From contig NW_021828164.1 in NCBI RefSeq assembly GCF_006345805.1, positions 1-9,005 on the forward strand: DNA of 9,005 nt, in the 5' to 3' direction. Source of the DNA: Octopus sinensis (Eukaryota). Below, one piece after another: positions 1 to 7,438 of this stretch (position 1 is the stretch's first letter; every line of letters starts with the position of its first letter). The position numbers were made by a program, and so were the translations under genes. The notes under the pieces were generated by a model. That model was not told the origin of the DNA. It ran no database searches and saw only the letters and a program-made list of their open reading frames with translations.

Positions 1-21
1 GAACATATAAAATTAAAATTA

Positions 22-420
22 ACATGAACATATCTAAACAGAAGATATAAATATTACAGGCATCCCCCACATACACACACTAAATAAACATAACGGACAT
101 AGAGATATAAGCATGTGCAAATGAAAGACATACAATAGAAATACAAATGGCTGACGGGTAGTAAGGAAGACACAAATAAGTAAGAAGAAAACAAAGGACC
201 ACTGATGCGGTCACAGGTGTGTGCCGAAAGAACTCGGCCGAATAAGATTAAGATTAATGTAAAAAATAATAACACTGAAGTAACACCAAATTATATTGCG
301 TGTGTTTTTATTGTGTGTTTTTATTGGCTAAACTGGCAAAATGCCATTCCTAATACACAATATCTGTTTCAACACAACACAGACTTCACATAAAAACTTG
401 CACAACAAATATTTAAAACG
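22..420 (+). mobile_element. Penelope-like element terminal repeat (pLTR family 1), solo or partial copy
   Basis: 22-~352 aligns by eye to the reverse complement of ~6895-7232, which lies directly 3' of a PLE GIY-YIG ORF. It contains an HHR motif (196-239) and runs into (TA)n at 426. The extension from ~352 to 420 is inferred. Confidence 0.8.
196..239 (+). ncRNA. Minimal type I hammerhead ribozyme-like motif (degenerate)
   Basis: GGACCA-CUGAUGC-GGUCACA ggug UGUGCC-GAAA-GAAC-UC-GGCC. The core is CUGAUG.../GAAA/UC, stem II is GG(U)CACA/UGUGCC, and stem III is only 2 bp. A9 is not conserved and stem I has lost a U relative to the 7010-7056 copy. Confidence 0.6.

Positions 421-425
<5 letters not shown>

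Positions 426-482
<57 letters not shown>
426..482. repeat. (TA)n microsatellite
   Basis: Pure TA dinucleotide run of about 28 units. Confidence 0.98.
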
Positions 483-486
<4 letters not shown>

Positions 487-675
487 TCTAAGTCTTGTAT
501 CATAAAGTCATAAAATTATTCTAAGTCCAGTATCTCTATAAATTTCATACTCAGTTTATATAAAGCTGTGCTGATATACTCACTAATAATTAAAAAATCT
601 ACTTAGACCCAAAATTTTAATATATAATTAGCATGTTCTTTTACCTCAATACTCCTTTATTAATACCAGTAAATA

Positions 676-725
676 GGCCGCAGTCAAATGACTGAAACAA
701 GTAAAAGAGTAGAAGAGTAAAAGAG
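676..725 (+). mobile_element. 3' tail fragment of an octopus-type SINE
   Basis: GGCCGCAGTCAAATGACTGAAACAAGTAAAAGA matches 6835-6867 in this window (GGCGGCAGTCAAATGGCTGACACAAGTAAAAGA). It ends in a short tandem tail (GTAAAAGA/GTAGAAGA/GTAAAAGA), typical of TPRT-mobilised elements. Confidence 0.8.
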
Positions 726-1254
726 ATATCTTATAAATTAGTATTGAAGTTGTAAATATTAAAATCTTTCTATATTTTCTTTTCCTCCCTCTATTGTAAT
801 AAAAGTTTGATATATACTAAAAATTATTCATAAATATGCTTCTTAATAATCTTTTGAATAACCCTAAACTTTATCTGTATACAATATAGCAGCATTGTTT
901 TATAGTAGCTAACTGTAATAATCTATGATAAGACTTCACTTGTCCCATTATCAATGGTCTGCTAATTGGCGATCACTTAATTATCAGCTAACATATTGTT
1001 TTAAGTTTTCTATACATAAAACTCATGACATTGCTTCAAAAAATCTTGATTTTATGACTATACCATCAACTCCATCAACTCTACCTCAAACAGATACTAC
1101 CCTCTATCTTCTCCCAGTCTTAAATATCCAATGGATTTAATAAACTAGTCTATAAATTAAAACTGACCCCGTAAAAAAAAAATAACAGAAAAATCAGTGA
1201 CTTGCAGTGTTACAATTATGATGTTGTTGGTAAAACATGTTCTTTGTCTATCTC

Positions 1255-1455
1255 CTTATCTGAGTATTGAAACTAGAGACCTTATATCTCAAAAATACCG
1301 ATATACTGTCATGAAACACGTGTTGTCTTTAAAAGGGAAAGTATGGGATTCTGAACAGATATAGTAAGTTCATATTTAATATTTTATGGCTCGGTCGGGC
1401 ATAATATCTTTCAATGTTCATTGCGTTGAGGGTGGTTCTGTCTCTAAAACTACTT
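1255..1455 (+). mobile_element. Probable PLE pLTR fragment with hammerhead remnant
   Basis: CUGAGUA at 1260 and GAAA-CACGUG-UU at 1313-1324 (palindromic ACACGTGT stem III). TGAGTATTG is partly complementary to CGATATACTGTCA. The module ends at a (TA)-rich tract at ~1455. Confidence 0.45.
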
Positions 1456-1495
1456 ATATATATATATATAATATTATAATATATATTATAATATA
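1455..1495. repeat. Imperfect (TA)n tract
   Basis: TA repeats with interruptions. Confidence 0.9.
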
Positions 1496-2084
1496 AATCG
1501 AGATAAAACTACTATTATGCAACTCAAACAGTGATAGACATAAACCAAAACAAAATATCAAAGATATATTTTTATAAAACATATAACTAGATCTCAACAA
1601 GAATAAAAATGAATAGTCAATATATAAGTAAAATAAACTACGTACGTTTCAAGGCTACAATTAAATTCGAATTATAATATAATTAATTTTAAATTTAATT
1701 GAAATGAATTCAATTTAAAATTATAGCCAATATTCAGGTTAACAATAAAAGTTAAATAAATAAGCAAAATAGAGTTAAACAATATTTATTTAAAAAATAA
1801 ATAAAATAATAAGTTTTCTTCTAGAAGAAACTCCATTAACTAAATTTGAAACTTAAAACATTAGGGTTAGTTTCCTACAACACATTTATTGTGTTAAATA
1901 TTTAATATTTAAGGTAAAAAAAAGTAGAGTAAAATGGATAGAAATATGTATTATCTGTGAAGATATAATTTAGCTTGAAAAACATTAATAAACTATAGAA
2001 TATCTTTAACCCAGCTATACTCCAATATTAATTACCAAATTTAATATTCATGCACTTAAATATTTACTATTAATTTTAGTAGAC

Positions 2085-2086
<2 letters not shown>
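1496..2086 (-). mobile_element. Probable AT-rich PLE pLTR module
   Basis: Bounded by (TA)n and (TAA)n tracts and contains an HHR-like fold at 1635-1742. Boundaries are inferred. Confidence 0.5.
1635..1742 (-). ncRNA. Type I hammerhead-like motif with long stem II
   Basis: The minus strand reads UUAAC-CUGAAUA-UU-GGCUAUAAUUUUAAAUUGAAUU...AAUUCGAAUUUAAUUGUAGCC-UU-GAAA-CGUACG-UA-GUUUA. Inverted arms are at 1653-1673 and 1707-1728, the palindrome ACGTACGT is at 1640-1647, and stem I is AAC/GUU. G8 is replaced by U. Confidence 0.6.
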
Positions 2087-2119
<33 letters not shown>

Positions 2120-2126
2120 TAAATAT

Positions 2127-2158
<32 letters not shown>

Positions 2159-2161
2159 ATC

Positions 2162-2211
<50 letters not shown>

Positions 2212-2226
2212 CATAATAATAATAAT
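2087..2226. repeat. (TAA)n microsatellite, interrupted
   Basis: Long AAT run with occasional CAT units. It explains the poly-Ile ORF 2056..2277. Confidence 0.98.
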
Positions 2227-2321
2227 ATATATATATAAATTAATAAATAAATAAAACATATGCATATATACATACATATATGTACGTACCTACCTCTACA
2301 TGTATATATACATGTATATAT

Positions 2322-2460
2322 GGGTACAGGACACCAAAAAAACGTCGAACACAATGAGAAACGAAAACATAAACACAAAACCAGGGAAATGGACATTTTT
2401 CTTAAACAACGAAAAAATAGTGTCGCCTTTGTTTCATCTACTCTACGTTTCGAAGGTCAA
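2322..2460 (-). mobile_element. Dispersed repeat, probable PLE pLTR (family 2), copy A
   Basis: GGGTACAGGACACCAAAAAAACGTCGAACACAATGAGAAACGAAAACATAAA... is similar to the reverse complement of 4030-4195 and to 8264-8392. It lies 3' of the minus-strand PLE ORF remnant and has CGAAACGUA on the minus strand (2452-2444). Confidence 0.7.
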
Positions 2461-2539
2461 CACCAAGTAATTTAGGGGTTGTGGATCCAACGCACTAAGG
2501 GTTAATATTAGTGTTGTTTATTTACTAAAGAATCCAATC

Positions 2540-3775
2540 TTATCTCAACTTATTAATTAAACAATTCAGCTTATGTTTGCATTTAATTTTTTTTCAGCAA
2601 TGTTGTCTTGGCCTTTAAGATTGCCATGAACTCATGAGTACACAACAGACAGAACTTATTCCCTACTCTACATGATTTCGTTCTTACAAATGCTGCAATA
2701 TCCTTTGTTTAATTTTATTCGATGTAGATCCAATGTATGTCATATATGAATTTTCGCCATTATTATTATTATTGCTACCCTCACCTTGACCATTCCTACC
2801 TCTCCTTTAAGTTAAATTACAATTATTGTTATCCCTACAATTAATATATGTTGAGTTATTACCATTATTATTGGGATATTTATTTAATTTATTAAGATAA
2901 AATTTATTCAGCTTATATTTATTTAATGATGAGATAATATTACCTACATTACTAGTAGTCGAATATCCTACTATATTATTTTTAGAAAAAATATTACTGT
3001 ATTTTTTATTTTCAATAATAAATAATTGTATTATTTTAGTGATTTATTTTATAATAATTACTTTTAACCTGGGCGCCATAAGGAACGATCATTATTTATA
3101 TTTATGCTACTAGTTCTCATTTATTTGTTATCATTATTGTTATTATCATTATTATTTATAAGTGGATCTGGTTTATACCTACCATTTAGTCGTATATATT
3201 TCTTTATATTTTTATTTTTGTTTTTATCCTTAATATTATTTATATTTTTTGTGTTTTTTGTATACTCCCTGTACTCAATAAAATCTCGATATTTTTCTCT
3301 ATTAAAGTTATTATAATTATTATTATTTTGTTTTTATTTTTATTTTTATTTTCATTTCTATTTTTATCTATATAAGTATTATCGAGGTCTTTAACGTTAT
3401 CATCTTTTATATAATTTTTACTATTTATATTATTATTGTAGAATCTAATCCCATCCTTATATCCCGGGAAGCTCTCATAATTCGATGAAAGCATAGAAAT
3501 TCTTATTCCTATATTAGCTATCAGTGTTTTCTTAATTGCAGGGAGTGGTTACTGTATGCGTTTATATATTTCAAAATTTCATTCGTTTTGTGGAATGGTT
3601 GTGTAATTCCTGTTAAAATATTAAAATTGACATCTAAAAAGTTAACATAATTCTCTTTATATATCGTAGTTCCTAATCCGTATCTTTTAAAGAAGCTATA
3701 TAAAATCTTTTTATATGTTTCAAATGTTCTTTTTGTTCAGTTTTTAGTTATTAAGAACAAGTCCCTCCTGTCCCT
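2540..3775 (-). pseudogene. Decayed Penelope-like retroelement ORF: RT C-terminus/thumb, linker, GIY-YIG endonuclease
   Basis: Manual minus-strand translation across frameshifts gives, in the order expected for PLEs: DLFLITKN...TYKKILYSFFKRYGLGTTIYKENYVNFLDVNFNILTGITQPFHKTNEILKYINAYSNH (VNFLDVNF at 3646-3623), then RISMLSSN (~3503-3480), IVPYGAQVKSN (~3089-3057), VGYSTTSNVGNIISSLNK (~2972-2920), NCRDNNNCNL, TYIGSTSNKIKQRILQH (YIGS at 2737-2726), CLLCTHEFMAI (~2651-2620) and KCKHK (2584-2570). There are multiple indels and stops, and the YxDD motif is not intact. Confidence 0.85.
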
Positions 3776-3814
3776 CTAATAAGCTGTCTCTTTAATGCGT
3801 TCAAAATAATTTTT

Positions 3815-4192
3815 CCATCGTCTTGGCTTCACAGCCCTCATCGTTTGTTTTTACTGTGTTATTCTTTTTGTCCTGTCTTTTACTGCTTTTACATGTATTA
3901 TTTTACTGTCTTGTTTTGTTCTTACTCTCCTGTTCTTGTTACCACTTTTACCCCTCCGCAAAAAATCTCAAATTTTATTTAATTTGTTTTGCGGGAAGGA
4001 CTGTTTCAACGAAGTTGCGTCTTATCCTTACATTCGAACGCAGAATAGACGAAACAGAGACAACTGAAGAGGGGGAATACTCCTTGTGTTGTATGTCTTG
4101 TACTCTGTTTTTTCGTTCTTTGAAAAAAAGTTCGTTTCCATGTTTTTGTTTTTATGTTTTCGTTCTCATTGTATTCACGTTTTTTGATGTCC
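3815..4192 (+). mobile_element. Dispersed repeat, probable PLE pLTR (family 2), copy B, inverted relative to copy A
   Basis: The reverse complement of 4030-4195 aligns with 2322-2457. It has CUGAAGA at 4064-4070 followed by the hairpin AGGGGG-AAUA-CUCCUU, and ends at (TA)n. The left boundary is approximate. Confidence 0.7.
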
Positions 4193-4239
4193 TATATATA
4201 CATATAGATGTAGGTAATATATATATATGTATGTATATA

Positions 4240-4286
<47 letters not shown>

Positions 4287-4398
4287 TATTATATATATAT
4301 ATCTATATATATATATATATATATATATAATAGATAGATACATGCATACATACATACATATATACATATATATACATATACATAAATATATATATATC
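4193..4398. repeat. (TA)n / (TACA)n microsatellite complex
   Basis: Visible dinucleotide and tetranucleotide runs. Confidence 0.95.
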
Positions 4399-4403
4399 CA
4401 CAC

Positions 4404-4585
4404 ATCCATCCATCTATCGATGTATCTATCCATCCATCTATCTACCCAACTATCCAACTCGCTTTCTGTTTGTCCCTCTATCTATCTACTTATCTATCAT
4501 TCTCTCTGTTTCTAGCTGTCTCTCTCTGTTTGTGAGACTGTCTGTCTATCTATCTATTTTCCAGTCTGTCTCTCTGTCTATCTGA
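4404..4585. repeat. Degenerate (TCYA)n / (TCTG)n tetranucleotide repeat
   Basis: Repeated ATCC, ATCT and GTCT units. Confidence 0.85.
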
Positions 4586-5397
4586 CTATTCATATGAAAC
4601 CATATTCATATGAAACCGTATGTGTGTATGATTGTGTGCGTTTATGTGCTTTGTGTGTTTGTGTTTTTCTGCGTCTGTGTGTTTGTGTATGCACTAAACT
4701 TGCGCCGTAAACAGTCGACGTAAATCCGGTATTGGTTCTATTTATTTTTCTCTTACCTTTTTACATTTTACCTCTCTTTAATAAATTGTATAAAACCAAA
4801 CATTAGATCTTCTTCTATTTCTTTGCTGCTTTATCGTTCCATATTGCTACCCCTTTCACCGCCACCTGTTTTTCTTGTCTAACATCAAATACTTTATTCT
4901 TCATTTCTCTTTATCAGAACTCATAATCTTTCTCATTTTATTTGTAGGTTTATTTATCCCTCCACAAATATACACATGTTCACCTACGCATTAAATTCAT
5001 ATATCGCTACTCACTTTTTGTTTTTCAGATTATACTTTCCCAAAATCTCAACCACAGGTATGAAATATAGCTGGAAGCCAACGAAGGAACTCCTACGGTT
5101 CCTCGACCTTTTATTTTTAACTCTTATTCAGATAGTATATAATAAACCAAGTGACAGAAACTAGAATTCTTTGAACATATAACGGCAATAATGTTTGGAA
5201 AAACGTAAATATTCGAGTGCCGGAAGGACAAAGAATCGCCGTGACATCAAACAGCTGTTTAGAGATAATTAAACGGTTTTATGAATAATCAATTTAACTA
5301 CATGAAAAGCAATTTTAGAGAGAAAATCACAAAAATATTTAGAACATACAGGAGCCAATAACAGTTTTGAAAATTTGAAAATATTTGTCAGGAAAAA

Positions 5398-5588
5398 ATA
5401 TATAAGTATGTACGTGTATATGTAGATACAAACACGTACGTATGTATATATGTGTATATCTGTTATGCATGTGGTATATGTATATGTACACCCCACAACA
5501 CACATATATATATATAAGAGTATATAGAAATAGAGGTATATATGCGTGTACCTGCATATATGTGTCTATGTATATATGCATACATATA

Positions 5589-5636
<48 letters not shown>

Positions 5637-5813
5637 TATGTGTGGTGTGTGTTTGTGTGTGTGTGTCTGTGTACACACACATACACACATAGATATGCAC
5701 ATATATATACGAGTATATAGAAATAGAGGTATATATGCGTGTGTACCTGCATATAGTGTGTATGTATATACGCATACTATATACACTTATATATATATAT
5801 ATGTATATGTATG

Positions 5814-5851
<38 letters not shown>

Positions 5852-5879
5852 GTATATAGGTGTATATATATATATATAC

Positions 5880-5921
<42 letters not shown>
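5398..5921. repeat. Large (TA)n/(TG)n/(CA)n complex with an internal ~85-bp direct duplication
   Basis: GAGTATATAGAAATAGAGGTATATATGCGTG(TG)TACCTGCATATA occurs at 5518 and 5711 (period 193), embedded in TA runs. Confidence 0.93.
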
Positions 5922-6290
5922 GTCTATTAAGATGTTGTTGGTATCCCAAAGCCCCAAGATGGCGGGGAAGCTATGTAAGTGCTACAGGAGGACACCGTGA
6001 TTAGACGACTGATGATTTTGTTAAGGCGGGTCTTGTGGAGCATGTATTTTCTGTCACTAAATGAGGCTCTGCAATGAGCCAAAGCATAGTGGAATTTGCA
6101 GGACGACATATTATTTAAATGGAATGGTAATCTTACAGCTGTTTCTGGGATATTAGGGATATCATCAGAGAAAATTTGAGAGAGTTAACTGGAAGGTAAT
6201 AGTAGAGTTCAATATAAGGAGTTATTTTGGAAAAGGGTGGATATACGAAGTATAAAGGGAAATAAGAGGACAAAAATTAAAACGTATATA
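5922..6290 (-). mobile_element. Probable PLE pLTR module (family 3)
   Basis: Higher-complexity block that abuts (TA)n at 5921 and contains a canonical HHR core at 6131-6171. The right boundary is uncertain. Confidence 0.6.
6131..6171 (-). ncRNA. Minimal type I hammerhead ribozyme with canonical core and disrupted stem II
   Basis: The minus strand reads UCU-CUGAUGA-UAUCCCUAAUAUCCCA-GAAA-CAGCUG-UA-AGA. CUGAUGA, GAAA and UH are perfect, stem I is UCU/AGA, and stem III is the palindrome ACAGCUGU. Confidence 0.75.
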
Positions 6291-6317
6291 TGAAGTTACA
6301 ATTGTAGTCCAAGTAAA

Positions 6318-6475
6318 GTGCTGTGTAGAATGGGTAGAAATGCTTTTCGTCCATCGTATGTAGTTTCCGATAGGAAATTATGGATCCACACTATCCATTT
6401 GTAACAGTAAAATATGAACTCCTATCGAAATCTACATACCATACCATGGACAAGAAGCATTTCTGTCCATAGCAC
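6318..6475. repeat. Imperfect inverted repeat (foldback, MITE-like)
   Basis: The left arm is GTGCT...ATGGGTAGAAATGCTTTTCGTCCATCGTATGTAGTTTCCGATAGGA (6318-6375). The reverse complement of the right arm is GTGCTATGGACAGAAATGCTTCTTGTCCATGGTATGGTATGTAGATTTCGATAGGA (6420-6475). The spacer is 44 nt. Confidence 0.85.
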
Positions 6476-6562
6476 CTTGAACAAGTGTCTCCCAGTATAG
6501 CCTTGGGTCGACCAAAACCATGTGAGTGGACTTGTAGACGGAAAGTGGAAGATACCCGTAGT

Positions 6563-6606
<44 letters not shown>

Positions 6607-6869
6607 TATATATATATTATATATATATATCTATATATATATGTATACTACAGAGACAGACAGACAGATACACCCAGACATCCTCCACACAAAAATTTAT
6701 ATATACATATTCTGTCCCTAACTTAGCGGTTGTGGCGAAAATGAGCGATTAGACTATGTACTAGGCTTACAAAGAATAAGTATTGGAGTCAATTTCCTCG
6801 ACTATAAACACACTTTAAGGCGGTACTCCCATATGGCGGCAGTCAAATGGCTGACACAAGTAAAAGAAT
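6472..6869 (+). mobile_element. 5'-truncated octopus-type SINE with internal (TA)n tract
   Basis: GCACCTTGAACAAGTGTCT...GTGAGTGGA...GTAGACGGAAA, then (TA)n at 6562-6645, then ACTTAGCGGTT...GTACTAGGCTTACAAAGAATAAG...AAGGCGGTACTCC...GCAGTCAAATGGCTGACACAAGTAAAAGA. This matches my recollection of an abundant Octopus tRNA-derived SINE. The tail is duplicated at 676-725, and the tRNA head (A/B boxes) is absent. Confidence 0.8.
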
Positions 6870-7009
6870 CATAAATATAAAAGAATATTGTTATATTTCG
6901 GAATGGTCATTTTTGCCAGTTTAGCCAATAAAAAAACACACGCACTATATATTTGGTGTTACTTTGCTTCAGTGTTATTTATTTTTTACATTAATCTTAA
7001 TCTTATTTC

Positions 7010-7056
7010 GGCCAGAGTTCTTTCGTCAACACTCCTGTGACCGCCATCAGTGGTCC
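7010..7056 (-). ncRNA. Minimal type I hammerhead ribozyme-like motif
   Basis: The minus strand reads GGACCA-CUGAUGG-CG-GUCACA ggag UGUUGAC-GAAA-GAAC-UC-UGGCC. Stem I is GG(A)CCA/UGGCC, stem II is GUCACA/UG(U)UGAC, and stem III is AG/CU with an AA loop. Position 9 is G rather than A. Confidence 0.7.
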
Positions 7057-7438
7057 TTTGTTTTCTTCTTACTGATTGTGTCTCTCCTTACTAACCGTCA
7101 GCCATTTTGTATTTCTATTGTATGTCTTCATTTGCGCATGCTTATATCTCTATGTGGGTCTATGTTTAATTAGTGTGTGTGTGTGGGGGGATGCCTGTAA
7201 TATTTATATCTTCTGTTTATATACGTTCATGTAATTTGTTTTTGTTGTTGTGTTTTTGTTTATTCTTATTTTTTCATGTGTTCACAACCACTTATTATTA
7301 TCATTACATATGCTTGTATGTATGTATAACAACAATACTAGTAATAATAATAATAAATCGAAAAAAAAATAATATAGTTATTTATTTCTATTTATTTATT
7401 TATCTGTGTATTTATTATGTTTTCGAGATCCTCTACCG

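Noticed and set aside
1496-2086. Possible mitochondrial rRNA insertion (NUMT), suggested by extreme AT content
   Set aside because: I found no conserved 12S or 16S motifs. The HHR-like fold and microsatellite boundaries fit a PLE repeat better.
3823-4515. 230-aa plus-strand ORF
   Set aside because: It runs through a T-rich dispersed repeat and a TA microsatellite and has no recognisable domain.
4587-4617. Tandem 16-nt duplication TATTCATATGAAACC(A); similar 33-nt-period duplication at 483-542
   Set aside because: These are two-copy local slippage duplications, not CRISPR or regulatory arrays.
6009-6015. Perfect CTGATGA on the plus strand
   Set aside because: No stem II or GAAA partner follows at a suitable distance.
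4152-6752. Many Ile/Tyr/Cys/Val-rich ORFs (also 2056..2277, 8107..8367, 8382..8729)
   Set aside because: They are translations of (TA)n, (TG)n and (TAA)n tracts that lack stop codons and carry no protein signal.
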